37,316 bases of DNA from Octopus bimaculoides (taxonomy: Eukaryota): positions 15,452,416 through 15,489,731 of the forward strand of contig NC_069000.1 of assembly GCF_001194135.2 (NCBI RefSeq), given 5' to 3'. Both the position numbers and the translations under genes were made by a program. The notes below the pieces were generated by a model. It was given only the letters and a program-made list of their open reading frames with translations. It ran no database searches and was not told the origin of the DNA. This document shows, one piece after another, positions 10,701-22,030 of this stretch; position 1 is the first letter of the stretch; each line of letters opens with the position of its first letter.

Positions 10701-13295
10701 CTCCGTTGGTTATGACGATGAGGGTTCCAGTTGATCAGATCAATGGAACAGACTGTTCATGAAATTAACATACATGTGGCTGAGCACTCCACAGACACGT
10801 GTACCCCTAACATAGTTCTCAGGGAGATTCAGCATGACACAGATTGTGACAAGGCTGGCCCTTCGAATTACAGGTATTCCTCGTTTTTGCCAGCTGAGTG
10901 GACTGGAGAAACGTGAAATAAAGTGTCTTGCTCAAGGACACAATGCGTAGCCGGGAATTGAACTCACGAGTAGCCTTCAGATATAAATAACTTTGAAAAA
11001 AAAATTAACGATGATAGTATATAGCCAGCTCACAATATAGCAAGGACAGTTGAAATAATCTGAATGCCTGAACGCAAGTGAGTTGAAAAAAATGAATGAG
11101 CTAAGGTATACAAGAAGTATGATGTTTCAACCAGTGGATTGGACATGTTGGGGCACTGCTTTCAAAATTTTATTTTTTATTAATTATATCAATTGCAGTC
11201 TCGTACTTATTTTACGACTTCTCTCCAAGGAATGATCGAGTTCAACGAGTTATAACCACTAATTAGAGTTATCTCCCTTTTATTTTTTTTTCGCGAGCAG
11301 TATTAGTCAAAGCAGCAACCAATTACGTGACACTTCCCCTTAATTTCACTTTCATTTTACATTCTTTTATAACAAGACTGAACAATTCATGCAAACCATT
11401 TAATTATGGTTTATTGCTACATTGTCTGTAACATTAATCTTATATAAAATACTGCTTAGTAGTTGTAAGAAACTGTAAGGAGAGCTGAACAGTAGAAGCT
11501 CTTTAGAGAAGCTCACCACTATCTTATGCAAGTGTTCTGGACCTTAACACACTACACTCTTAGGGGGGGGCTGTGCCACATCCAGGTCATGACACTTGGA
11601 TAACCTACTGTTGCCACGTTCTGTGCTGTTGTCTGCAATGCAACCTCCTGAATGGTTGAGGCACCATAGAGCCAAGGTACATTGGGTATCGTATCAGTTC
11701 AGTCTGACATGTTAGTTGACTGTAGGATAAATTATGCTAAAGATATATTTTCATGGTTCCTTAATGAGGTTCCAAGAAACAGAGTAACTCCTTGAGGATT
11801 CTGATATTAGCACATCAGCAAGATACTTCAAGTCTTTATGGTTGTTGTCTGCAGTCCTCTCTCTTTCAAGGCTGAAATCCTGAATACTCAATGAAGTCAG
11901 TGTACTTATGCTCAAACCTAAACTGCTCAGAGCAAAGCTTAAATGTTCCATAAATAATAATAAATGCGCCCTTTAAAAGCCTAACCAGGCTCATGGGCCC
12001 AGTTTCCCGGTTTTTATGGCGTATGTGTTCCCCAGCTGGACGGGATGTCAGTCCATCGCAGCGTTACTCATTTTTGCCAGCTGAGTGGATTGGAGCAACG
12101 TGAAATGAAGTGTTTTGCTCAAGAACACAACACGTCGCCCGGTCCAGGAATCGAAACCACAATCTTACGATCATGATGCCAACACCCTAACCACTAAGCC
12201 ACGCGCCTTCACTTAAAATGCTCCATGCTCAATTTAAAAACAAACTAATAAAAAAAAAACTTTGACCTGCAAGAAATAACAGTTAAATCTGTCCCTAGTC
12301 ACATCCAAATGTTTGAAACGAAAACTACATGTGACCAAAGGATGCACAGAAGAAAGATAGGAGGGTCACAGTCGGACTGCTTTTGACCATAGTGTCAGCA
12401 TGACCAGAGATGACCAGATGCTAAACAACAATAACTAAACTAAATGTTGTAGACTTTGCATAGATTGCAGGCATAGTGGAGAATATTTAGCAATATTTAC
12501 CTTCCCACAGTGGACTGAGACCTTCAGGTGTTGTTAGATTTGGATCTGCTCCACAATGCAACAATGCAGAAACACACTGATAGTGTCCTTTACGCGCAGC
12601 TAGAAGGAGGGGAGTTTCACCAGCAAAGCTTTGTACATTAACATCCACTTTTCCTAAATTGAGAGAAAAAAAAAAAAAAAAGATTTAAATATACATAAAC
12701 ACAACTCAGTCTTGGAATTGAAACAACAATCTTGTAATCAAGAGTGCAATTCCATAACCATTCAGCCATGCAACATATACTCTTTTACTTGTTTCAGTCA
12801 TTTGACTGTGGCCATGCTGGAGCACCACCTTTAGTCAAGCAAATCGACCCCAGGACTTATTCTTTGCAAGCCTAGTACTTATTCTATCGGTCTCTTTTTG
12901 CTGAACCGCTAAGTTACGGGGACGTAAGCACACCAGCATCGGTTGTCAAGCGATGGTGGAGGGACAAACACAAACACACATACATATATATATATANNNN
13001 NNNNNNNNNNNNNNNNNNNNNNNNNNNNNNNNNNNNNNNNNNNNNNNNNNNNNNNNNNNNNNNNNNNNNNNNNNNNNNNNNNNNNNNNNNNNNNNNNNNN
13101 NNNNNNNNNNNNNNNNNNNNNNNNNNNNNNNNNNNNNNNNNNNNNNNNNNNNNNNNNNNNNNNNNNNNNNCTCACAAGGCTTTGGTCAGCCCGAGGCTAT
13201 AGTAGAAGACACTTGCCAAAGGTGCCACGCAGTCGGACTGAACCCGGAACCATGTGGTTGGTAGGCAAGCTACTTACCACACAGCCACTCCTGCG

Positions 13296-13331
<36 letters not shown>

Positions 13332-13614
13332 AAAAATGGAGAAGAGAAGATGTTAAAATTTAAGAGAAATGCAATTTAACTCTTGCATGGGAACTGTCAG
13401 TGACCCAGTCATAGTTAATGAGAAAAAATTTGCCACCTCCATCCTCCCATTCTTTCCAAGCCTGTCTCTTTGCTTTTATGGCTTCGTGTACCCCCCTTGG
13501 TCTAGCTGGAACTTTCAGCCAGTCACAAATTTAGTCCATTACCCCCAGTAGGTTGCTTCAAGAGAACTTGTTCCCCTCTATTTTATAAGTCTATCTCGTT
13601 AACTGCGTCAATTC

Positions 13615-13648
<34 letters not shown>

Positions 13649-15952
13649 AACGTGTTTATGTGTCCTTGTTCCCATTTGTACTTCTCTGAAAATCTCTGTG
13701 TCACAACACTGGTGACGTCATTTTATTTACCAACAAATTATCTGCTGGGTATTTTGTCTCCAAAAAGACATCCCTTTCATGAAAAACAGGTAAGGGTTAG
13801 TGACAGGAAGAGCATTCAGTTGTAAAGCAGCGCCTCAGAAATATATTTGGCTAACCCATACTAGCATGTGAAAATGGGCATGAAAATGAGCCAACAAACA
13901 GAGGAATACAATGGGCTTCCACAAAGTTTTCAGTTGACCAAATTCCACAAAAATCATCTTGATCAACCCAAAGAATGGTAGTAAATATTTGTCAAAGGTG
14001 CTGTGCAGTGAAATCAAATCTGGTACCATGATGTTGCAAAATGACCTTCTTAAAAAATAGATGGGATACTCACATCTGGAATACCTTTGATCATAAGCTT
14101 GCTCAATCAGGATTGCTTTCAGTCTGCCTAACAACTATAAAAAACAGTGGTTCACAAATGTGACATAATTACCCCAATCAGGATGGAAACTGTATTTGGT
14201 TGGGGTTATATGAGAGGTGCAGTGAGGGGAGTCCATAGTTTCATGCTCTCCCACTTCACAAAAGGGAGTGGTTCCTCCTAAATGATTAAAAAGAATTGTG
14301 CTCTTTACAGACTATGCCAGAGATACAGGGTAAATGCAAAGCTGTAAGTAGCGGTCTGTAGTTGATGGTAAACCATCCATCCATCTTCTCTGTCCACTGT
14401 TCTTGGGAGGGTTGTAGAGATAGAGTCCTCAAGCACCTCCTCCACAGAGTCCCATCAGAAGCAGCTGTCATGAGACTTTCCAGCTGGATTCCCAGGTGTA
14501 ACCAACTGAGACTGGATATTATCCAACCACACCCTGTTCTTGGTCTTCCCCCTAGGTTCCCTGCTGTTTGACTTGACTTGAAAGATCTGCCTTCCTACAA
14601 TGTTCTAATCACACATAGTATAGGAGCTGTGATCTCTCAATGTGCTTATAGTAATCCATTAAAAAAAAAAAATCAAATTTGTTCTGTAAATGAGTGTTTT
14701 TATATATTGTGAAAGGTCAGCTCAGGTTAGATTATTTTGAATTAGTTTAGTTTAGACTGCATACAGTTTTCACTGTGCTGAATAAGGGCCCGTATTTTCC
14801 CCCATGCTACAGTAGCTGATCTGTACAAAGCCAGACTTTTTACTCCTGAAGGGGTTTGTTCAAAGCTTAGAGATAAGGTTGGTTATGTCAAAGACTAAAG
14901 TACACATCCAACATTTGGAAACTAACACTATAACAGTACTGTACTGTACATGCTGCATTGTAATAGAATTGTGCATTAGTGTTATGCATATCATAACATT
15001 TTACAAAGGGTGATGAAGACGTCAACCATTGACTTGAAGCATTTTCTGTCAAGTTGAGATCGATAACTTAGTGACTCACCTCTGTGTAACAAAACTTGCA
15101 AGCAACCAGTATTATTCCAAAACGCTGCTTCGTGTAATGGTTCCCAGCCCCTGTTGTCTCGGACGTCAACCGGCCTCCCTGGTTAAGAGAACGAGAAAGT
15201 TCATAATGAGCAACTTGACAGGAAAAATAGAAAGAATATTAGTCATGGATATCATACGAGAATTTTAAGAAAATCCTCATACAATCTCCAGCTTCTTGCT
15301 AATTCAATGATTTTGAAGCTTTATACCAAAGTTTAAAAATATCAATTAAAAACGTCTTAAAAAGTAGGGGTGGGGCAAAATGAGTAACTTCTGATTTCTT
15401 GTTATTTTTTTTTTTTTACTTGTTTGAAATTATGACATGGCAAGTATTACATTGTCATTTTGTATTGCTACCTTATATTTAGGAGAAACAATTGGTCAGC
15501 ATAGTTGTTGATGAAGTTGTGGGAGCCCAAAACATAGTCAGGTGGCAGGTCCTCTTTTTTCAAGAAATTTTTCCTCAACTTTTGTACCTAATTGTAATTG
15601 AGGTTGCTAATAAAATAACTGGATAATTTTCGGTGTTTAACAATCAATATTCTTTTCTCTGTTGGATTACAAGTCAATTTTTTAACCCACACCAATGTCT
15701 AATTTGATAATTTTCAAGTTCCCAAAAATTGATGTATAAAATAGGGTAAAATGAGTATTGACTAATTTCAATAATTTCTTCTCTTTAACTGCATGGTGTG
15801 AGAATATATCACGAAGAGGACACTCCAGCATATCATGAAGAAGCTATAGAGAATATTCTATGTTAAGTTACTGTTTTTCTTAGTCAAGTTTCGTTAATTT
15901 GATATCATGTACTATTTTTACCGTTATCTTCTTTCATTTGACCTAGATATTG

Positions 15953-15986
<34 letters not shown>

Positions 15987-17069
15987 ATTTATGATTTTTC
16001 TGATGTCCAAGGATGGATATTGATGTATATGAGTCTGTTTTCTGGAGAAGTGAAGCGGCAAATTTACATAATCCTGTCTTACTCATTTTGCCCCGGTCAA
16101 AATTTGTCTTTTACACGCTCAAAGAGAATGGCGATAATTTTCTGAAATGGTACCCAAATTATGTTATAATGCATTTAGGGAAGGCCATTTGCTTAACTGG
16201 TATAGCTTTCGTAAGGTAGCGAACATTTGTCAAAAACATATTTTGTTTCAAAGAAAGAAATACAGTAAAAACACCTCATTTTGCCCCACCTTCTATATCT
16301 AAACGTATTAAGCAAACAGGTAAATGTTTGCAATCGTTTAAACACATAATATACGATGCAAACAAAGGAAAAAAAAAACACTACAAAAGTGAATTTTCTT
16401 TTCTCAGAGAATAGTTTTAGTTGTGCTATATAATAATAACCTTGTAATAAAAGCAATTATACAAAAAATCCAAGCTATAATTATGAATAATAGATAAACA
16501 CTAAACAACTTTAACTCAATTAGATTCATAAGCTAATTGTCCACAGGATTAAAATGAAAACCCGCTTGTTTAAAAATTAAAAGTCCGCTTCTTTTTTTTT
16601 TTTTTTTTTTTTTCCACACACACACACACACTCACAAACAATGAAGTGATTAATTTCAACTTATAATTAAAAAATCAAAAACAGGTACATATATAGTTTA
16701 TTTGTATTGAGCAAGTATTAACATTTCTTGTTTGTAAATTCAATAGATGACGTTTTTCTTTCTGGATACATCTTTCTATAAGAAAATTTAAAAGATGAAT
16801 TGAAGAGAGAGGGAATACCCAGGGACACCTGCTGCATCAGAAACTAAGAATAAAGTGAACACAAAGACAATTAATTGTAAGCCAAGAAATGGTTTTAAAG
16901 TTAAACTATAATTAAAATTAAATAAAAAAATTGCAGACGTAATGACAAAAATTGGAATGCTTCTTATGTTACCTTGTGTAAGTAATGTTTGCAGAGCACA
17001 AACGTCACCGACTCTTGCGGCTGCTCCTATCGTTGAACAAGTATCAGCGTAAGCTTCCGAGAAGTCCAT
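4518..17069 (-). CDS. ASB3: Ankyrin repeat and SOCS box protein 3 orthologue; join(16973-17069, 15080-15178, 12501-12653, 9015-9272, 6567-6750, 5341-6065, 4518-4702); 1701 nt, 566 aa
   Basis: The N-terminus [51 protein letters not shown] closely matches vertebrate ASB3 ([23 protein letters not shown]...VDVADNRGWMPIHEAA, recalled). All introns are GT-AG with consistent phases, followed by tandem ankyrin repeats and a C-terminal SOCS box. Confidence 0.92.
5118..5260. repeat. Interspersed repeat (MITE-like), second copy at about 6947-7075
   Basis: Both begin TTAAC(C/T)C...CATTCAGATT and share TGTAATGCTT...TTTTAG(A/G)ATGACATTGT. Confidence 0.55.
5341..6065 (-). CDS. ASB3: ASB3 coding exon 6 (725 nt; degenerate ankyrin repeats and helical linker)
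   Basis: Open frame of 241 codons between acceptor ctgctag and donor GTAAGT; contains ankyrin-like CIEILLQYGFPVN. Confidence 0.88.
6567..6750 (-). CDS. ASB3: ASB3 coding exon 5 (GKSHLVDASAFDNATPLLVAAQQGHTSCVELL...CNNL)
   Basis: Long poly-T acceptor ttacag, donor GTAAGT; matches ASB3 [21 protein letters not shown]. Confidence 0.92.
7172..7430 (-). mobile_element. CORE-type tRNA-derived SINE
   Basis: GTGAAATAGTGTCTTGCTCAAGAACACAAC core; B box in GGGAATCGAAC. Confidence 0.65.
7580..8075 (-). mobile_element. 5'-truncated Penelope-like retroelement with inverted terminal segment, in ASB3 intron 4
   Basis: 16-bp direct repeat ATGACTGCACAACATT at 7564-7579 and 8076-8091. Minus-strand remnant 7809-7952 reads IEHYWKI*KLKETAHM...SIWEPVLRK, like the GIY-YIG C-terminus of PLEs. 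The terminal segments are inverted copies of each other. Confidence 0.75.
8728..8925 (-). mobile_element. SINE family B copy (diverged)
   Basis: CACAAGACCAGCAATTTTG...ACTGGTACTT...AACTCAGAAC...CTAAGCATTT pattern. Confidence 0.6.
9015..9272 (-). CDS. ASB3: ASB3 coding exon 4 (AVTARSFPCVNLLVDKGAD...TPLFMAAQRGNYECLKLLLEKSVEE)
   Basis: Acceptor atttcaag; donor GTTTGA is weak but phase-compatible with exon 5; ankyrin repeats. Confidence 0.88.
9395..10172 (-). mobile_element. SINE family A copy interrupted by an N gap
   Basis: CTAAGTTAC...CGGTTGTCAAGC...CTACCAAATCCACTC...ACCACACAGCC, shared with 12783-13297, 19625-19878 and 36870-37150. Confidence 0.7.
10696..10970 (-). mobile_element. SINE family C variant with CORE segment
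   Basis: TGGCACTCCGT...GTGGCTGAGCACTCCACAGACACGTGTACCC tail shared with 22645, 27334 and 33105. Confidence 0.7.
11952..12212 (-). mobile_element. CORE-type SINE with degenerate TSD
   Basis: CAGCTGAGTGGATTGGAGCAACGTGAAATGAAGTG core; flanks CTTAAATGTTCCAT / CTTAAAATGCTCCAT. Confidence 0.75.
12501..12653 (-). CDS. ASB3: ASB3 coding exon 3 (GKVDVNVQSFAGETPLLLAARKGH...SPLWE)
   Basis: Acceptor caatttag, donor GTAAAT; ankyrin motif TPLxLAAxxGH. Confidence 0.92.
12783..13297 (-). mobile_element. SINE family A copy spanning gap 12997-13170
   Basis: CTTTTACTTGTTTCAGTCATTTGACTGTGGCCATGCTGGAGCACC tail; tRNA-like head ending GCCACTCCTGCGCCT. Confidence 0.8.
14350..14590 (-). mobile_element. RTE-clade LINE 3' end remnant
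   Basis: Minus-strand translation GGRPRT...IISSLSWLHLGIQLESLMTAASDGTLWRRCLRTL matches the GRPRxRW...DRxxWR C-terminus of RTE ORFs. Confidence 0.65.
15080..15178 (-). CDS. ASB3: ASB3 coding exon 2 ([33 protein letters not shown])
   Basis: Acceptor ttaaccag, donor GTGAGT; ankyrin motif. Confidence 0.92.
16973..17069 (-). CDS. ASB3: ASB3 coding exon 1 ([11 protein letters not shown]...LLTQ)
   Basis: ATG in CAAAATGG context; donor GTAACA after 16973; phase 1. Confidence 0.92.
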
Positions 17070-17677
17070 TTTGAATGTTTTGATAAATCGATCCTTGAAA
17101 ACAATCTTAACAGCTTTTTTTGTTTTTGTATTCGGGATAGAACAATGTTGCGATTAAGAAATTATTATGGCAAAATAGAATATATAAAAAAAAAATTTTT
17201 CTTATTTTTATCAAGTCACCATGATGTCATAGTAGATAATTCTCTGTTTCTTTGATACATTATACTCTTAATCGAACATTACAATTAATTTTTAATTAAC
17301 GAAAAATTACAAAAGACACTCAACTTTGTTAAGTTTGTTTTGCAGCAGAAATTTACGAAAAAACGCTGTTAACTGATAACGGTGATAACCTTAGAAATCC
17401 CTCCTGTAATATTTATACGGGGGAACAAATTAATGTATGAGAAATTATAATATCTGGCTTAATTGATTGGCGATAAATAGCATCCGTGTTCAATAATTTT
17501 AACAATTTTGTAATCTCAGAGAATATTTTAGAATATAAATAATTCTATCGAGTTATTTCTCCAATCGTGTGTGTTTATATCATTTCACATGGAATCTAAT
17601 TAATTAAATTTACATAATTTTTAAACACCGAATCTAAGGGAGAGAACTGAAATACTGTCTTCGGTTTGTTTACAAAC
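17070..17677. promoter_or_regulatory. Probable bidirectional promoter and 5' UTRs of ASB3 and SPATA24-like
   Basis: Divergent start codons 608 bp apart, with no interspersed repeat in between. The SPATA24 start overlaps a YY1-type motif (reverse complement CGCCATGTTT). TSSs cannot be seen in the sequence. Confidence 0.6.
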
Positions 17678-18397
17678 ATGGCGTCGGATTGTGGTGAAAG
17701 TTCGGCGCCGACTCTAACAAGTGGTGTTACCACTGGTTACGAAGTGATACAGCAACAGTTTCAAGATTTATTGCAACTCAAAGACTTTTTAATTAACAAA
17801 ACTACGGAATTATCCTCCAAAGCTTCTGGACAGTCAAACAGTCACAATGAAAGTGCTACTGTTATGTCAGATTTTGATCATTCGAAATCATCAACTTTTA
17901 AGGGATCCGAAATATTGGATTCAGTGGTTTCCTGGAAACGATATGAATCAGTAGCTCAGGAATTGGAGATCGAGAAATTAAACCATTGCCGAACCAAAAC
18001 ACGCTGCTGTGAGCTAACTGATCATTTAGAAATATCACAGCAGCAAGTAGCCGCTCTACAGAAGCAGATACAAGACGACCGTGAAAGTTTCCGAAGAATT
18101 TTAAACTCCTTGAATAAATCTGTGAAACTTGAAAATGAAAAGAAATGTGAACTGGAGACCCGATGTAGTCAGCTTGAAGAGCAGAATAAGAAGCTGGATG
18201 AAAAATTAGCTTCTAGAATCTCGGAAGTTAAAAAGTTAAAAGGAAATTTACAAAAACAGAAAGAATTACAGAGCCGTAATTTGATGGAACTAGAAGTGAA
18301 CCGATGTCAACAAGACTACATTTCAAATTATCTTGATCAGTGTCATCAAACACGTATCAAGAAGTGTGAGCAAAATTATGCAACAAACAGAAAATAA
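17678..18397 (+). CDS. SPATA24: SPATA24-like coiled-coil protein, single coding exon, 239 aa
   Basis: ATG in ACAAACATGG context. VSWKRYESVAQELEIEKLNHCRTKTR...DDRESFRRILNSL...CQQDYISNYLDQ aligns by eye to human SPATA24 VSKEEFQAVEKKLVEEKAAHAKTKVL...EKLAFEKALSSV...QQESYMAQVLDQ (recalled). Confidence 0.8.
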   Translation: MASDCGESSAPTLTSGVTTGYEVIQQQFQDLLQLKDFLINKTTELSSKASGQSNSHNESATVMSDFDHSKSSTFKGSEILDSVVSWKRYESVAQELEIEKLNHCRTKTRCCELTDHLEISQQQVAALQKQIQDDRESFRRILNSLNKSVKLENEKKCELETRCSQLEEQNKKLDEKLASRISEVKKLKGNLQKQKELQSRNLMELEVNRCQQDYISNYLDQCHQTRIKKCEQNYATNRK

Positions 18398-18590
18398 GAA
18401 AAACGGCTTTACCCAAATGAACTCAACCAAGTCTGAATTTGCCGAATTGAAACTGCATAGGATTATACATTACACCACTATGATTTGATTTACTGCGGGG
18501 TTTGTAGCCTGGTCGACTAAAGGAGGTTTTTTTGTGAGTACCACCGGATTAAATATATATATATATCAAGCTCCCTCCCCCTCACTCTCT

Positions 18591-18629
<39 letters not shown>

Positions 18630-18639
18630 NNNNNNNNNN

Positions 18640-18716
18640 GAATACGGAAAGTCTTTGACGTTTCGAGCTACGCTCTTCAACAGAAAGAATACGGAGACAA
18701 GGAGAAAAAAAATTGA
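18640..18716 (-). mobile_element. Second copy of the (TA)n-embedded hammerhead-like element
   Basis: Identical core to the copy at 626-666; flanked by (TA)n and a 10-N gap. Confidence 0.6.
18652..18688 (-). ncRNA. Minimal type I hammerhead-like motif (variant core CUGUUGA)
   Basis: UCUUU-CUGUUGA-A-GAGC(GUA)GCUC-GAAA-CGUC-AAAGA: 5-bp stem I, 4-bp stem II, palindromic ACGU stem III. Confidence 0.45.
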
Positions 18717-18717
18717 G

Positions 18718-18748
<31 letters not shown>

Positions 18749-19178
18749 TACAAATAAAAGGGTAAAGGATTATCAATTTATTAATTTATTAATAAATTAA
18801 TAAAAGTTCTTATACATTTATAAACATAATTAAGGGATCAGCAACAGTTGCTTCACCACATACCGAAGTTCAGAAATAGCAGCTGAAGTGCTGAAACTCC
18901 AACAAATATATATATACATAAATTCAGTATCTCATGCAGTGCGGAGCATCATTAAAACTACTAGAGAATTTACAGGTATTTAAGTTCATGATACAATCCA
19001 TAGTCCCTTCCGACTATTTGTCACTCATAAAGACGTTCATCCAGTTAAATTATTCCATTGTTACTTAAGGAAGACAGTTTTCCTTAAGCACTTGTGCCAA
19101 ATCTATTACCAAGTTTTCTTCTGGTTCCCTCTGGAAATTTCTAATCACATCTCTGCTATCCTATATGAGTCCAATATC

Positions 19179-19290
19179 CTGGGCACAGGACATTGCAAAC
19201 AAAACGTAGACGAGAAAACACACAAGCCACATAGAGAACATTCTACTTCATCAGCTACCCACGTTTCAACACCGGCGTTTCGACGAGCTT
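19179..19290. repeat. Dispersed repeat, inverted copy at 23540-23648
   Basis: About 110 bp, highly similar reverse-complement match (CATAGAGAACATTCTACTTCATCAGCTACCCACG). Confidence 0.75.
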
Positions 19291-19624
19291 AATCACTAAC
19301 CAAATAAAAATTAAAAAAAACTTGATTGGTACATTGCTAACCTTATAAACACGCAAGAAGAAACTTATATTTTTATAATAATTTATTGATTTCTTAATTA
19401 ATAGCATTTCTTCACTTTTCTTTAGATTGCAAAATAGAAATATGTTGCAGTATCTAGATTTGTGGAACTTTTAAACAGCATGAATATATATATGTACATC
19501 TTACGAAATATTAAAACAAAATTGTTATTTTTGTTTTTTTTTTTGTAATTTATTTTCTATATGTGACAGTGGATTTTCATCGATGAGTTCATGAACCTTG
19601 GTTCTTTTCCCTAAAACTATATAC

Positions 19625-19878
19625 TCTTTTACTTGTTTCAGTCATTTGACTGTGGCCATGCTGGAGCACCGCCTTTAGTTGAGCAAATCGACTCCAGGAC
19701 TTATTCTTTGGAAGTCTAGTTACTTATTCTATCGGTCTCTGTTGCTGAACCGCTAAGTTACGGGGACATAAACACACCAGCATCGGTTGTCAAGCGATGT
19801 TGGAGGGACAAACACAGACACACAAACATATACATACATATATACGACGGGCTTCTTTCAGTTTCCGTCTACCAAATC
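19625..19878 (-). mobile_element. SINE family A copy (truncated by gap)
   Basis: Near-identical to 12783-12996. Confidence 0.8.
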
Positions 19879-20767
19879 NNNNNNNNNNNNNNNNNNNNNN
19901 NNNNNNNNNNNNNNNNNNNNNNNNNNNNNNNNNNNNNNNNNNNNNNNNNNNNNNNNNNNNNNNNNNNNNNNNNNNNNNNNNNNNNNNNNNNNNNNNNNNN
20001 NNNNNNNNNNNNNNNNNNNNNNNNNNNNNNNNNNNNNNNNNNNNNNNNNNNNNNNNNNNNNNNNNNNNNNNNNNNNNNNNNNNNNNNNNNNNNNNNNNNN
20101 NNNNNNNNNNNNNNNNNNNNNNNNNNNNNNNNNNNNNNNNNNNNNNNNNNNNNNNNNNNNNNNNNNNNNNNNNNNNNNNNNNNNNNNNNNNNNNNNNNNN
20201 NNNNNNNNNNNNNNNNNNNNNNNNNNNNNNNNNNNNNNNNNNNNNNNNNNNNNNNNNNNNNNNNNNNNNNNNNNNNNNNNNNNNNNNNNNNNNNNNNNNN
20301 NNNNNNNNNNNNNNNNNNNNNNNNNNNNNNNNNNNNNNNNNNNNNNNNNNNNNNNNNNNNNNNNNNNNNNNNNNNNNNNNNNNNNNNNNNNNNNNNNNNN
20401 NNNNNNNNNNNNNNNNNNNNNNNNNNNNNNNNNNNNNNNNNNNNNNNNNNNNNNNNNNNNNNNNNNNNNNNNNNNNNNNNNNNNNNNNNNNNNNNNNNNN
20501 NNNNNNNNNNNNNNNNNNNNNNNNNNNNNNNNNNNNNNNNNNNNNNNNNNNNNNNNNNNNNNNNNNNNNNNNNNNNNNNNNNNNNNNNNNNNNNNNNNNN
20601 NNNNNNNNNNNNNNNNNNNNNNNNNNNNNNNNNNNNNNNNNNNNNNNNNNNNNNNNNNNNNNNNNNNNNNNNNNNNNNNNNNNNNNNNNNNNNNNNNNNN
20701 NNNNNNNNNNNNNNNNNNNNNNNNNNNNNNNNNNNNNNNNNNNNNNNNNNNNNNNNNNNNNNNNNNN
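19879..20767. other. Assembly gap; other gaps at 9501-9896, 12997-13170, 18630-18639 and 32013-32376
   Basis: Runs of N. Confidence 0.99.
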
Positions 20768-20979
20768 TGTGTGTGTGTGTAGATAAGGTTGTGTGGTTAA
20801 GAAGCTCGCTTTGCAGCCTTGTGATTTCAGGTTCAGTTCTGCTAAAACATTGGAAATGAATTTGGTAGACAGTAACTGTGAGGAAGCCCTTTTTGTGTGT
20901 GTGTGTGTGTGTGCGTGCGTGTGGCTATATATGTGCATATTTAAGTGTTTATGTTTGTCCTCTCTTCACCAGTTGACAG

Positions 20980-21135
20980 CTAAAAGAATTAAGAAACCTA
21001 CATCGTGTGTATGTAAATGTCTTCAAAGTGCAACTGGACGTTCTACTGTCTAGAATTACAAATGGACCTTCTTCACAGCAGGAGACACACAACTAACGAT
21101 AATAACTTCAGACTCCCTTATTCATCAAATACCAA
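20980..21135 (+). mobile_element. CR1/L2-like LINE ORF2 C-terminal remnant
   Basis: Translation LKELRNLHRVYVNVFKVQLDVLLSRITNGP...SDSLIHQ resembles LPxxIRN...FKxxLDxxLxxIPDxP...SNSL. Confidence 0.5.
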
Positions 21136-21711
21136 AGAAGGAGGATCAGTGTAATTGTAACAACACCAACAGGAATTTGCTGTGGATAATTATTACCTAC
21201 CTGGAAACAAGGGTTGGCGACAGCAACGGCATTCGGTTGTAGAAAATTTGCCTCAAAGGTCCATGGGAAAGTAAACATTAAAATGATGATGAAAAGGAGT
21301 TACTGTTTTAAAGTGTGTATACACGACAACATCTCTGTATGTTTTCTTTTATAATCTTGCCTCTCAGACTCAGTGTTTCCAACTCTGTTCTTTTCTTCGA
21401 TGTTCTTCCTCTGTAATTATTCCACATCTTTCACTGATAACGGCTGGTTTTCTCTAAGCAACACAAAGCTTTCATTATCTTTATTTCCAGTCTTTGCTGA
21501 TACGCACAAGGGAGGCTATTCTCGTTCACTTTGCTAAATTTACCTCCCATATGGTAGCTGGGAGTAGTTAGCAACTCCATTGTTAGTAGTAGTCTCATCT
21601 CGTAGCAGTAGCAGTCAGCGGTCAGTCGACCCACCAACGTGGTCTGAACTAGTAATAAACATGAGTTTTACTCATCTCATAATTGAGCAGTGTCACCCAA
21701 CAAATATTTAA

Positions 21712-22030
21712 GGCGCGTGACTTAGTGACTAGGGTATTCGTCTCACGGTCGTAAGGTCATGTGTTCAATTCTCGGCAACGCATTGCGTCCGTGGGCAAGA
21801 CACTTTATTTCACGTTGTTCCAGCCCACTCAGCTGGTAAGAATGAGTAGTACCTGTATTTCAAAGGGCCAGCTTTGTCACATTCTGTGTCACGCCGAATT
21901 TCCCTGTGAACTACATTAATGGTACGCTTCTCCGTGGAGTACTCAGCCACTTGCACGTTGATTTCACGAGCTGGCTGTTCCGTTGGTCACATCAGCCGGA
22001 ACCCTCGTTGTCGTAACCGACGGAGTGCCA
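21712..22030 (+). mobile_element. SINE family C variant with CORE segment
   Basis: tRNA-like head (GTGTTCAATTC B box), GGGCAAGACACTTT core, tail ending GACGGAGTGCCA. Confidence 0.7.

Noticed and set aside
11550-11950. Possible reverse transcriptase remnant (KDLKYLADVLISES resembles DLxYADDxxLLSES)
   Set aside because: Single short motif with no extended similarity visible; too weak to call without a search.
17666-17677. TTG-initiated N-terminal extension (MFTN) in the ORF track
   Set aside because: The ATG at 17678 has a strong ACAAACATGG context; non-ATG starts are not expected here.
21300-21660. Coding-looking purine-rich minus-strand segment
   Set aside because: Stops in all frames and no recognisable motif; possibly an ancient transposon fragment, but unsupported.
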